Assembly (NCBI GenBank): GCA_963734495.1 | Contig: CAVTHK010000001.1 | Span: forward strand, 96,001 to 160,000 | Reading direction: 5' to 3' | Length of the DNA stretch: 64,000 nt | Origin: an uncultured Spirochaetota bacterium | Lineage (GTDB): Bacteria > Spirochaetota > Spirochaetia > SZUA-6 > CAVTHK01 | Part shown: in pieces, positions 20,340 through 30,060 of the stretch | Position numbering within the stretch: the stretch's first letter is position 1 | Layout: every line of letters starts with the position of its first letter | Notes under the pieces: model-generated | Database searches by the model: none | What the model was told of the DNA's origin: nothing | What the model saw: only the letters and a program-made list of their open reading frames with translations | Program-made: the position numbers and the translations under genes

Positions 20340-21479
20340 CTACGCGGTGCGCCTGCCCAGCTCGATCACCCTGCCCGGCCCTTCGATGAACTTCTCGAAT
20401 ATCTGAGTGGCGACCCAGGCCTGCTCCAGCGTCCCTTCGGACAGGGGGCGCTTCTCCAGGATCGAACGGGCGAACTCGTTGATCTCGTCGTAGTATCCCA
20501 GGAGAAAGAGTCCCTTGTTGAACATCTGGCCTCGCGAGAACTCCGGCTCCCAGATCGCGGTGTTCTCGTCGGGCGTGCCTTTGTAGAAGTTCGTTTCGTC
20601 CCCATAGCCGAAGCTCGCGTTGCGGCAGTAGACGAGCCTGAGGTTGTTGTCGACCACGATGTGCCTGCCGCCCTCCCTGCCCCCTCCGTGCACCGCCTTC
20701 CGCGAAACGATGACCGTCCTCTCGACTCCGCCGTTCATGGCCATGCCGCAGGTCAGGTGGAGGCACGCGATCACGTCCGAGTCGAACTTGAAGATCACCG
20801 TCCCGGCGCCGAGCGAGTTCCGGTCGTAGTACATCGTCCGGGGAGCTCCGAGCAGGCTGATCATCTGCGAGAGCGGGTGACACAGGTGATCGCTGAAGAG
20901 CCTCACGTCGTTGATGTTCTTCTCTTCCTCCAGGTACTGCCGGATCTGCTCGACCGGCGGGATCTGCTCCGGGTTCTGCATGATCACCATGGAGATCCCG
21001 CCGAAGTCGTCGGAGCGCGCGAGCTCCTTGGCCTTCATGTTGGCCTGCACGAATATCTTCTTGTAGCCGACGGCGACGGTCTTTCCGGACCGCTTCGAGG
21101 CCTCCATCATCTGCTCGACTTCGCTGCACGTCGCGGCAGGCGGCTTCTCGATCCACGCGTTGACGCCCGCCTCGAGGCAGTCGATCGCGACCGCCGGGTA
21201 CATCGGCCGGCCGCGCCGGTCGTTGCCTACGATGATGAAGACCGCGTCAAGCCGCTCCTTGCGCAGCATCTCTCTGTGATCGGTGTACGACCGCTCGCCG
21301 CCGAACTTCCCGCAGAATGCGGCCGCCTGCTCCCCGTTGAAGTCGCAGGTCGCCACGAGCCTCACGGGAGCGAACTGGAACGTCGGGAATATGTTCCGAA
21401 AGGAGTGCGAGCCGCAGCCCACCACCCCCACCTTGATCTCGCCTTCGTCGATCAGCCTGCCCTTGAAACCGATTCTCAC
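20340..21479 (-). CDS. Gfo/Idh/MocA-family oxidoreductase
   Basis: VGVVGCGSH Rossmann motif, WIEKP, DHLCH. Confidence 0.85.
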   Translation of the reverse strand: MRIGFKGRLIDEGEIKVGVVGCGSHSFRNIFPTFQFAPVRLVATCDFNGEQAAAFCGKFGGERSYTDHREMLRKERLDAVFIIVGNDRRGRPMYPAVAIDCLEAGVNAWIEKPPAATCSEVEQMMEASKRSGKTVAVGYKKIFVQANMKAKELARSDDFGGISMVIMQNPEQIPPVEQIRQYLEEEKNINDVRLFSDHLCHPLSQMISLLGAPRTMYYDRNSLGAGTVIFKFDSDVIACLHLTCGMAMNGGVERTVIVSRKAVHGGGREGGRHIVVDNNLRLVYCRNASFGYGDETNFYKGTPDENTAIWEPEFSRGQMFNKGLFLLGYYDEINEFARSILEKRPLSEGTLEQAWVATQIFEKFIEGPGRVIELGRRTA

Positions 21480-21522
21480 CTGAGCATTCCTTTCCGCGCC
21501 GGCCGGCGCAATCCGCGCCCGA

Positions 21523-21600
21523 TCATCCCTTGATCGAGCCGATCATCATTCCCTTGATGAAATACTTCTGCAGAAACGGGTAGACGCAGATGCCCGCCAT
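21523..21600 (-). pseudogene. 25-codon remnant of a carbohydrate ABC permease (MAG + ICVYPFLQKYFIKGMMIGSIKG)
   Basis: The peptide matches the C-termini of the intact permeases in this window (ILCVYPFIQRYFVKGAMLGSLKA and LYPFLQKYFVKGVMVGALKE). The rest of the gene is absent. Confidence 0.8.
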
Positions 21601-21611
21601 GCCGCACTCGC

Positions 21612-23816
21612 CTAAGCGCGCGCGGCGGCGGGGTCGCACGCGGACGCCTTGAGGCGGCGGTACTCTCCCGGCGACACCCCGACGCTCCTGCGGAACGCGC
21701 GCACGAACGAGTTCTGCACCGCGAACCCGACGCAGGCGCCGATCTCCTTGACGGTCTTGTTCGTCGTGACGAGCAGCTCCTTGGCCCGCTCGAAGCGGTA
21801 GGCGGCGAGATAGTCCGCCAGTCCGACGCCCACGGTGCTCTTGAAGACGCTCGACAGGTGACAGGCGGAGAGCCCGACCCGGTCGGCGATCGACTTCCCC
21901 TGCAGGTCGGGGGACATGTAGCGCTGCTCCACCATGCGCGTCACCAGCTCGACGACGTGCCGGCTGCGGCCGTCCCGCCCCGGCTCCCTCGCGATCAGGC
22001 CGGCAAAGAGATCGACGAATGAGCGTTCGATCCGCTCGACGCAGAGGTCGTTGTCGACGACCCGGCTGGCCGCCTCCAGCTTCGCGTCGGGCGCCCCGCC
22101 CAGCCGCACGTAGACGCTCAGCAACTCCCGCCCGATCATGGTGAGGTAGAGGTTGGGCACGCCCGAGTTGCGGCGGAAGAGGTCGTTGACGACGGCCGCG
22201 ACGCGCGCGGCGCTCCCTCCGCCGATGGCGGCCGCGAGCAGGCTCTCCATGTTCGTCGGGAAATAGAGCCTGCCGCTGTCGCGCGCCGATTCGCGGTCCT
22301 GGTAGACCGCGCCCCGGCTCGCGCTCAGGCCCTGCGCGAGGGCCCCCAGGGCCGAGCGCATCGACTCCTTGACCGCGCCGGCCCCCGGAAGAGTCCTGCC
22401 GAGCCCGACGAACAGCGGACAATCCTCGGCGGCCGCCGCGGCCACGAGCCCGTCAAAAGCGCCGCGCACCCGCTGCTCGTCGATCACGGCGCCGTTGGCG
22501 AGCACGACGCACTCGCCGGATCGGACGTTCGCCGTGCAGGCCCAGCGCGCCGCCGGCCCGCCGCGCTCGGCGAAGAACCGCTCGGCGATCCGACGCGCCT
22601 GCCGGGCGTCCATCGCCTTGACCACGGCGACCTTGAAGAGAGGGAACGGCATGAGCTCCCGCAGGGCCGGGCCGGCGTCGCCTGCCTCCAGCAGGTCCTC
22701 GACCGCGCTCCGTTCAGACAGGGTGCGGGTCCTCGCTTCGATCGACTGCATCGCCTGCTTCACCGTACCGAGCTCGTCGGCGGCGACCGCGCCGGTGTCG
22801 GTCCTGTCCGAGACCTCGTCGACGAGTCTCGCCACCGGGCTGTAGATCATGCCGGCGAACGCGATCGCGACCGCGACGTGCAGAAGCGCGAGGCAGACGG
22901 CGGCAACCGTGAACCAGGCGCGCACCGCGGCGAGCGGCCGGAACAGCCTCGCGTAGGGGATCTCGGCGAAATAGAAGCCGTCGAAAAAGAGAGAGCGCCT
23001 CGACACCACCAGGGAGCGGTCGTGCTCCGTGAAAGACCCGACGGCCGCGCGCTCGAGCTCGCCCCGGAGCCCCGGGTCGACCGTGGCTCCGACTCCCACG
23101 CCGTCCGAGGTGGATACGAGGCGGCCGCGCGCGTCCACGACCGAGATCCGGCCGTACTCGCTTGCCGGCGTGCGGGCGAGGATTCCCCTCAGGTTCCTCT
23201 CGTCGACCACCGCAAGCAGGGTCGCGGCGCCGCTCTGGGCGCCTTTCCTCGCCACCAGGACGAGCCAGTCCTGGTCGCCTGAGCCGCCCGCCTCACCCTG
23301 CCGCTCGGCGACCGCGAGGACGCGGAACCTTCCGGTGTCGCGGACCTTGGTGACCGAGGCAAACGCGCCCTCGGCGGGCCAGAGGAGAGCCTGGAAGGAC
23401 TGCCGCTGAGGCTCCGTCCCCTCGCTGCTGATGACGAAGCTCTGCCCCGCCCGCGAGAGGTAGCACTCGCTCACCAGCGGGAACGCGCTGCGGAATCGCG
23501 TGAGCTCCTTCATGAGCTCCAGGCGCGGGTACACCTCGGTCTCGCTCTGCGCGAGCCTCGCCAGGTTCTCCCCGGTCAGAAGCACCCCGTAGGCCGCGCT
23601 CACGAGGTGGTCGAGCTCGGCGTCCACCAGCTCGAATGCGCGGTCGAGGTATGCCTTGGTGGCCTGCTGCTCCCGCAGCTTGATGAGGTCGCCGACTTTC
23701 GCGAGCCCGACGAGACCGACGGCGAGAACGGCGACGAGGATGATCGAGTAGCTGATGAGGAGCTTGGAGAGGAGGCTTCGCAGCCCGAACAGCGATACGT
23801 ACCTCAGCCATTTCAT
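21612..23816 (-). CDS. Membrane-anchored AraC-family regulator (YesS/YtdP-like)
   Basis: N-terminal TM, sensor domain, second TM, and C-terminal HTH: IADRVGLS..HLSSVFK..YR..AKELL..IG..VGF...SFVRAFRR..GVSPGEYR. Confidence 0.85.
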   Translation of the reverse strand: MKWLRYVSLFGLRSLLSKLLISYSIILVAVLAVGLVGLAKVGDLIKLREQQATKAYLDRAFELVDAELDHLVSAAYGVLLTGENLARLAQSETEVYPRLELMKELTRFRSAFPLVSECYLSRAGQSFVISSEGTEPQRQSFQALLWPAEGAFASVTKVRDTGRFRVLAVAERQGEAGGSGDQDWLVLVARKGAQSGAATLLAVVDERNLRGILARTPASEYGRISVVDARGRLVSTSDGVGVGATVDPGLRGELERAAVGSFTEHDRSLVVSRRSLFFDGFYFAEIPYARLFRPLAAVRAWFTVAAVCLALLHVAVAIAFAGMIYSPVARLVDEVSDRTDTGAVAADELGTVKQAMQSIEARTRTLSERSAVEDLLEAGDAGPALRELMPFPLFKVAVVKAMDARQARRIAERFFAERGGPAARWACTANVRSGECVVLANGAVIDEQRVRGAFDGLVAAAAAEDCPLFVGLGRTLPGAGAVKESMRSALGALAQGLSASRGAVYQDRESARDSGRLYFPTNMESLLAAAIGGGSAARVAAVVNDLFRRNSGVPNLYLTMIGRELLSVYVRLGGAPDAKLEAASRVVDNDLCVERIERSFVDLFAGLIAREPGRDGRSRHVVELVTRMVEQRYMSPDLQGKSIADRVGLSACHLSSVFKSTVGVGLADYLAAYRFERAKELLVTTNKTVKEIGACVGFAVQNSFVRAFRRSVGVSPGEYRRLKASACDPAAARA

Positions 23817-23957
23817 GCGGGGTCCTTGGGCGCGGCGTGCCCCGGCATTATACGCGATGCGGCCGCCGCGCAAAAGGGCCGTCCTGCGCGCTGTCTGCCC
23901 CCGCCGCTCGTCGAAGTGATAGGATAGAGACAGGACAAAGTTGAAGGAGCAGGCAGT

Positions 23958-24404
23958 ATGCGAATGCTCAAAGCACTCGCGGTTCTGGCGATGGCGGCAG
24001 CTCTCACCGCGTGCGCGGAAGGAACGGATCCCGCCTCCGTAGCGCGCGCGGCTCTGCAGGCGTACAGGAGCAAGGACATCGCGGCCCTCGAGGCCGTTGT
24101 GCATCCCGACAATCGCGCGATCCTCGAGGAGATCCGCCGCGACGGCGAGGCGCATCCGCGGTGGGCGTCGCTCTTTGCACCGGATGCCTGGAGGTGGCGG
24201 GCCGTGCAGGGATGGGACGGCCGCATCGGCGAGGTGCGCACCTTCGGCGAGGGCTCACGAAGCGCCGCCATGGTGCGGTTCGGCGAGATGGGCGCGTCGG
24301 AGGTCCTGGTGGTCGCGCTCGAGTTCCGGGACGGACGCTGGTGGTTCGAGGACATCAACAGCCCTTCCGCCGCCGACTTCGCCGGGGGCCGGAAAGCCCC
24401 GTAG
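23958..24404 (+). CDS. Hypothetical lipoprotein
   Basis: AAGGAG RBS, lipobox LTAC, C-terminal ending typical of small NTF2-like proteins (LEFRDGRWWFED). Confidence 0.65.
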   Translation: MRMLKALAVLAMAAALTACAEGTDPASVARAALQAYRSKDIAALEAVVHPDNRAILEEIRRDGEAHPRWASLFAPDAWRWRAVQGWDGRIGEVRTFGEGSRSAAMVRFGEMGASEVLVVALEFRDGRWWFEDINSPSAADFAGGRKAP

Positions 24405-24421
24405 GCTAAAGGCGCGGCGGC

Positions 24422-24898
24422 ATGGACGAACCCCGAGGCACCGCGCCCGGCGGCATCATCCGGCGCTTCGTGCCGGATGATGCGCGGGCGGTGACGACCC
24501 TGATCGGCAACACGCTCCTCGTGTCGAACACCGGCGACTACACGCTGGAGGAGATCTCCCGCCTGGCCGCGGGCTACTCCTCCGAGACGATGAATGCCCT
24601 CGCGCGCAGCGCGGACGTCTGGGTGTACGAGCACGACGGGGTCGTGCAGGGCGTGGTCTGCCTCGATCGCTCCGTCCTCCAGGCGTTCTTCGTCGCGCCC
24701 GACCGCCAGGGCCGCGGCGTGGGCCGCGCGCTCATGCGGGTGGCCGAGGCCGCGGCGCGACGGCGGGGCGTCGCGGCGCTCGAGGTTCCGGCGAGCCTCA
24801 CCGGCATCGGATTCTACGAGAAGATGGGGTTCCGCAGCCTCGGCCCGGGCCGCAGCTCCGGCGGAGTCCGCATCGAACGGATGCGCAAAGAGCTTTGA
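24422..24898 (+). CDS. GNAT-family acetyltransferase
   Basis: FVAPDRQGRGVGRALM (motif A), ASLTGIGFYEKMGF. Confidence 0.88.
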   Translation: MDEPRGTAPGGIIRRFVPDDARAVTTLIGNTLLVSNTGDYTLEEISRLAAGYSSETMNALARSADVWVYEHDGVVQGVVCLDRSVLQAFFVAPDRQGRGVGRALMRVAEAAARRRGVAALEVPASLTGIGFYEKMGFRSLGPGRSSGGVRIERMRKEL

Positions 24899-25078
24899 CC
24901 CGCACGCGCGCCGGACGATCCGCGCGCGGGCGACGGCTGCGACGCGGCCTTGCGGGGGGCGCCTTCAATTTTCTCCTGCTCAGGACGGGAAGAGCGCCGG
25001 CCAAACCTCTGTATAGACTTCAAAAGCACGGAATACCCTGCGGACGCCGGGCCGGGATACGATACGCTCGGCAAACGC

Positions 25079-25996
25079 GTGGAACAGGCAAGACCCAACT
25101 GGCTGCGGATTCTCTATGCCCGCCGGCACCTGCTGGCGCTCCTCCTCCCGGGACTCGTCTACTACATGGTGTTCCGCTACGGGCCCATGTACGGGATGGT
25201 CATCGCGTTCAAGCGGTTCGACTTCGCCTCGGGCATCATCAACAGCCCGTGGGTCGGGCTGCGGTATTTCCGCCAGTTCGTGACGGGCCCCTACTTCTTC
25301 CGCCTCGCGAGAAACACGCTGCTGCTCAGCCTGTATCAGCTCGTCATAGGGTTCCCCGCGCCCGTCATCCTGGCGCTCCTGCTCAACGAGGTGCGCAGCC
25401 GCGCGTTCAAGCGCACCGTGCAGACCATCACCTACCTTCCGCACTTCATCTCGGTGGTCATCGTCGTGGGCCTCCTCAAGCAGATGCTGTCGCCGACCTC
25501 CGGCATCGTGAACCAGGCCCTCGCCGCCCTCGGCCACGCTCCCATCAATTTCTTCATGGAGAAGGGATGGTTCCGGCCCCTCTACGTGGGTTCGGAGATC
25601 TGGCAGGAGACCGGCTGGAACGCGATCCTGTATCTCGCGACCCTCGCCAGCATCGACCCGCAGCTCTACGAGTCCGCGTGGATGGACGGGGCCAATCGCT
25701 TTCGCTGCATGTGGAACGTGACGCTGCCCGGCCTGCGGCCCACGATCATCGTGGTGCTGCTGCTGCGGCTCGGCCGGATTCTCAACGTCGGGTTCGAGAA
25801 GGTCCTGCTCATGTACAGCCCGGCCACCTACGAGACGGCCGACGTCATCTCCACGTTCGTCTACCGTTCCGGGATCGCGCAGTCGAACTACAGCTTCGCC
25901 GCCGCCATCGACGTCCTGAACGCCGTGGTCATCCTGATCCTCGTGTCGATGTCCAACTCTCTTGCCAAGCGATTCGGCGAGGCGGCGCTGTGGTGA
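25079..25996 (+). CDS. Carbohydrate ABC permease (LplB-like); start approximate
   Basis: YGPMYG..IAFK, SPWVGL, QTITYLPHFIS, LYESAWMDGA, GFEKV, DVISTFVY. Confidence 0.88.
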   Translation: MEQARPNWLRILYARRHLLALLLPGLVYYMVFRYGPMYGMVIAFKRFDFASGIINSPWVGLRYFRQFVTGPYFFRLARNTLLLSLYQLVIGFPAPVILALLLNEVRSRAFKRTVQTITYLPHFISVVIVVGLLKQMLSPTSGIVNQALAALGHAPINFFMEKGWFRPLYVGSEIWQETGWNAILYLATLASIDPQLYESAWMDGANRFRCMWNVTLPGLRPTIIVVLLLRLGRILNVGFEKVLLMYSPATYETADVISTFVYRSGIAQSNYSFAAAIDVLNAVVILILVSMSNSLAKRFGEAALW

Positions 25997-26898
25997 ACGA
26001 GCTGCGCGGATTCGCGGACCCCCGCCGCCGCGTCGGCCGCGGCCCCGGCGCGTTCGAGCTCGCCAACGGCCTGCTCATGCTCGCGATCGTGGCGGCTACG
26101 ATCTACCCGTTCCTGTTCGTCGTCGCGGTTTCGCTGAGCTCCGCCGAGCACGTGATGGCCAACCGCGTCGTGCTGATCCCCATGGGCTGGACGACGGCCG
26201 CGTACCGCGAGGTCTTCGCCAACTCGCTCTTCTGGGTGGCCTACCGGAACACCGTGATCTACACCTGCGTGGGCACCATGATCAACCTCGCCCTGACCTG
26301 CACGCTGGCGTACGCGATCTCGCGCCCCGAGCTTCCGCTGCGGAGGCTCATCACGTTCCTGATCGTCCTCACGATCTACTTCCATGGGGGGCTGATCACG
26401 ACGTTCATCGTCGTGCGCAGCCTCGGCATGTACAACACGATCTGGGCCGTCGTGCTCCCCTTTGCCGTGACCACCTACAACCTTCTCATCGTAAGAACCT
26501 ACATACAGGGCATCCCCGAGGAGATCATCGACTCCGTCCGCATCGACGGCGGCAATGACTTCCAGATCCTGGGCCGCCTCATCCTGCCCCTGTCGAAGCC
26601 CGTCATCGCCACGGTCGGACTCTTCTACGCCGTCGGGCACTGGAACCACTACTTCTGGCCGATGGTCCTGCTCAAGGAAAAGGCGCGGCAGCCGCTGCAG
26701 GTGATCCTGCGCGACATGATCATCGAGCACAACCTGATCGGGCAGCTGGGGACGAGCGACGAGATCCGGTTCAGCTTTACCGCCGAGACCCTGATCGCCG
26801 CGTCGATCGTGGTCGCGGTCGTGCCGATTCTCTGCGTGTATCCGTTCATACAGCGCTACTTCGTCAAGGGAGCGATGCTTGGTTCGCTCAAGGCTTAG
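25993..26898 (+). CDS. Carbohydrate ABC permease (LplC-like)
   Basis: GTGA overlap with the previous gene, YPFLFV, GGLI, IDGG (EAA loop), HWNHYF, YPFIQRYFVKG. Confidence 0.88.
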   Translation: MNELRGFADPRRRVGRGPGAFELANGLLMLAIVAATIYPFLFVVAVSLSSAEHVMANRVVLIPMGWTTAAYREVFANSLFWVAYRNTVIYTCVGTMINLALTCTLAYAISRPELPLRRLITFLIVLTIYFHGGLITTFIVVRSLGMYNTIWAVVLPFAVTTYNLLIVRTYIQGIPEEIIDSVRIDGGNDFQILGRLILPLSKPVIATVGLFYAVGHWNHYFWPMVLLKEKARQPLQVILRDMIIEHNLIGQLGTSDEIRFSFTAETLIAASIVVAVVPILCVYPFIQRYFVKGAMLGSLKA

Positions 26899-26958
26899 GC
26901 TTCGGCGCCGCGATGCCCTCGCGGGCAACCGGCTGGAGATCACGCAAGGAGGTGTCGA

Positions 26959-28557
26959 ATGAATCGATGGAGCACGGTCGCGATCGCGCTGTGCGCGCTG
27001 CTGTCGCTGGCGCCCGGCCGCCTGACGGCAAGCAGCCAGGCGGAGAAGGCGCAGGTCGACTCGCAGGACAAGGTGACCATCCCGATGCTCATGATCGTGG
27101 ACGGCAACACGCCCGACGAGAAGAACGTGGTCAAGGCGGCGATCGAGAAGAAGTTCAACGTGGAGCTCAAGCTGGAAAAGAACAGCAGCGACGAGGCTCA
27201 CCTGAGCAAGCTGCGCCTGATGCTCGCCGCGGACCAGCTTCCGGACCTGATCGAGACGTTCCCCGCGGTCGAGGCCAAGCCCGCCGGCCAGAAGGGAATG
27301 CTGGTCGCCCTGAACAAATACTGGAAGGACATGCCCAACTACTACAAGTGGATGCATGCGGACAAGAACACCATCGCGAACATCGCGGCGATGGACGGCA
27401 ACGTGTACGTCGCCCCGCGCTACGACCTGTACCAGCGCGTGCACCGCGTGCCGTGGATGCGCGTCGACATCCTCAAGTCCATGAATCTGCCGATCCCCGA
27501 GACCTTCGATCAGCTCAAGGCCACGCTCAAGGCGGTCAAGGCCGCGCAGCCCGACAACCTCGGCATGGTCAGCGGAAACGGCTACCGCGACATGCCGGTG
27601 TGGGGGTTCTACTTCAATACGAACACGGGCTTCGAAGGCGAGTCCCCCATGATGTACGACCGCTACCAGGAGAGGTTCGTCTTCGGGCCGTTCAACCCGG
27701 GCTACCTGGAGATGGTCGCGTTCTTCAACGGGCTGTGGAAAGACAAGCTCATGGACCCCGACTTCTTCACCACCTCGTCGAAGATGTTCAACGACAAGTC
27801 GGTCAAGGGCAACATGCTGGTGGTCATCAACACGGATGACAGCGCATGGAAGCAGGACCTGAAACACAAGGCCGCGTACCCCAACTCGAAGCTCGACTAC
27901 GAGATCGTGATCCCGTTCAAGTCCAGCTCGCTGCCCGAGCGGGCGGTGTCCGTGCGGCAGAAGGTCAACACGTACTGGAGCTGGGCCGTCTCGGCCAAGG
28001 CCCGCAACCTGCCGCGCATCCTCAAGATCATCGACTGGATGTACTCCGAAGAAGGCAGCATCCTCGCCAACTGCGGCATCGAGGGGGTTCATTTCAACTG
28101 GGTCGAGCAGAACGGCAAGAGGGTCTGGAAGTACGTGCCGACTCTCAACCGCGAGTACAACCCGCAGGGAAAGCTCGACCCGAGGGCGGAGTTCCACCTG
28201 CGCCATCCTCACACCGCGCGCCTGGTCAGGGACTACTGGGACGAGTTCGTGGCCGACAATGACTTTATCGCCGCACACAACGCGACGCTCGCAAAGATGG
28301 CGGCCATGAAGGGCTACATGCGCAACAACGACGACATCGAGCTGTCGTTCACCCAGGCGCAGTACGATCGGATCGCCGAGATCTCGACGACGCTGCAGAC
28401 CTACATCGACGAGAACACGGTCAAGTTCGTCACGGGCGAGAGGCCGCTGGACCAGTACAAGGCGTTCGCGGCCCAGTGCGAAAAGCTCGGCGCCAAGGAG
28501 CTGGAGCAGATCTACGCCGACGCGTACGCGACCTGGAAGAAGCTGCTCGGCAAGTAG
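26959..28557 (+). CDS. LplA-like extracellular solute-binding protein
   Basis: AAGGAGG RBS, signal peptide, LAADQLPD, DGNVYVAP, DWMYSEEG, GIEG, KFVTGERP. Confidence 0.88.
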   Translation: MNRWSTVAIALCALLSLAPGRLTASSQAEKAQVDSQDKVTIPMLMIVDGNTPDEKNVVKAAIEKKFNVELKLEKNSSDEAHLSKLRLMLAADQLPDLIETFPAVEAKPAGQKGMLVALNKYWKDMPNYYKWMHADKNTIANIAAMDGNVYVAPRYDLYQRVHRVPWMRVDILKSMNLPIPETFDQLKATLKAVKAAQPDNLGMVSGNGYRDMPVWGFYFNTNTGFEGESPMMYDRYQERFVFGPFNPGYLEMVAFFNGLWKDKLMDPDFFTTSSKMFNDKSVKGNMLVVINTDDSAWKQDLKHKAAYPNSKLDYEIVIPFKSSSLPERAVSVRQKVNTYWSWAVSAKARNLPRILKIIDWMYSEEGSILANCGIEGVHFNWVEQNGKRVWKYVPTLNREYNPQGKLDPRAEFHLRHPHTARLVRDYWDEFVADNDFIAAHNATLAKMAAMKGYMRNNDDIELSFTQAQYDRIAEISTTLQTYIDENTVKFVTGERPLDQYKAFAAQCEKLGAKELEQIYADAYATWKKLLGK

Positions 28558-28637
28558 GGCCCGGCCCTCTCACACGGATCCGCGGGAGCTCCGGCGTCCG
28601 GAGCTCCCGCGGGCATCAGCGAATGGAGCGAATCTGC

Positions 28638-30059
28638 GTGACGACCTACTACACTGAGCCACAGAGAAAGATCCCCGTCTACAAGAGCGTCGACGTCGTG
28701 GTGGCGGGAGGCGGAGTCTCGGGCTTCTGCGCCGCCATCGCGGCGGCCCGGGCGGGAGCGAAGACGCTGCTGATCGAGCGGGCCGGATGGGTCGGAGGCT
28801 ACCTCGATTCCGGCTGGGGAGCCGGCACGGTCGGCTACGTCTTCAACGATTCCGACGGCAACATCATCATGAAGGGCATCTGCTGGGAGCTGCTCGAGCG
28901 CCTCGCAAAGCTGGGCGCGGCCATGCCGCCGATGAAGAGGAGATTCCTCGTCAACACCTGGCCCTACGAGACGGAGAACCGGGTCTTCCGCCCCCAGATC
29001 CTGCAGGAAGCCGGCAAGGCCGTCGTGCTGGAGATGCTCGAGGAAGCCGGCGCCGATCTGCTCCTGCACACCCTGGTGGCCGACGTCATCCGCGAGGGCA
29101 AGCGGGTGACGGGGCTCGTGATCGAGAACAAGAGCGGCCGCCAGGCCGTCACGGCGAACGTCGTGGTGGACTGCACCGGCGATGCCGACGTCGCCGCCCG
29201 CGCGGGAGCGGCGTTCGACACGGTCCCCGCCGACACCGTCTACCAGGTGTCGCGCGGGTTCGTGCTCGCCAACGTCGACACCGCCGCGATCCGTCGCCGG
29301 ATCGCCGACAACGCGAAAGAGTTCGCCTACGTCATGGAGCCCGTCGACGTGCCCGAGGGGTTCCAGAAGCCGATCTCGGGCATCCGCTGGAAGATCGAGG
29401 ACCTCGAAGTCTCCGACCAAGGCCGCCACCTCAAGGGCGGACCCGGCTCCCACAGCTCGGAGGCGGTCGGGATCCTGCGCGGGATCGCGCACATCGGCGC
29501 GAACGTCGACGGGGTGGACGCCACCGACGCGGCCCAGGTGACCAGAGCAGAGGTGGAAATAAGGAAGAAGGTCTTCGCGCGATGGCGCAAGATGCGCGCC
29601 GAGCGGCCCGAGTTCAAGGAGAGCATCCTGCTGCCGGGATCGCTGGATCTCGGCGTCCGGGAGACCCGCCGCATCAAGGGCGAATACACCCTCACCACGG
29701 CGGACATAGCCGAGGGCAGGAGGTTCGACGACGCGATCGCGCAGACCATGATCGCCCTCGACTGCCACCATCCCAAGGGCAACTGGGAAGAGTGGGCCCC
29801 GCGCAGTCCCTACGACATCCCCTACCGCATCATGCTGCCCAAGGAAACCGACGGCCTGCTCGTCGCGGGCCGCTGCGTTTCCGTGGAGCACCTGGCCCTC
29901 GCCGCGATCAGGAAGATCCCGATCTGCATGGCCCTCGGCCAGGCGGCCGGAGTCGCGGCCGCTGTGGCGTCACGCGCCAAAGTGCAGCCCCGCGCCGCGG
30001 ACATGCGCGCCATCCAGAAGGAGCTCGCCGCCCAGGGCGTGCCCCTCAGGAAGAACTGA
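28638..30059 (+). CDS. FAD-dependent oxidoreductase (PF12831-type)
   Basis: DVVVAGGGVSG, IENKSGR, DCTGDAD, GVRETRRI, YDIPYR, AGRCVS, GQAAG. Confidence 0.88.
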   Translation: MTTYYTEPQRKIPVYKSVDVVVAGGGVSGFCAAIAAARAGAKTLLIERAGWVGGYLDSGWGAGTVGYVFNDSDGNIIMKGICWELLERLAKLGAAMPPMKRRFLVNTWPYETENRVFRPQILQEAGKAVVLEMLEEAGADLLLHTLVADVIREGKRVTGLVIENKSGRQAVTANVVVDCTGDADVAARAGAAFDTVPADTVYQVSRGFVLANVDTAAIRRRIADNAKEFAYVMEPVDVPEGFQKPISGIRWKIEDLEVSDQGRHLKGGPGSHSSEAVGILRGIAHIGANVDGVDATDAAQVTRAEVEIRKKVFARWRKMRAERPEFKESILLPGSLDLGVRETRRIKGEYTLTTADIAEGRRFDDAIAQTMIALDCHHPKGNWEEWAPRSPYDIPYRIMLPKETDGLLVAGRCVSVEHLALAAIRKIPICMALGQAAGVAAAVASRAKVQPRAADMRAIQKELAAQGVPLRKN

Positions 30060-30060
30060 G

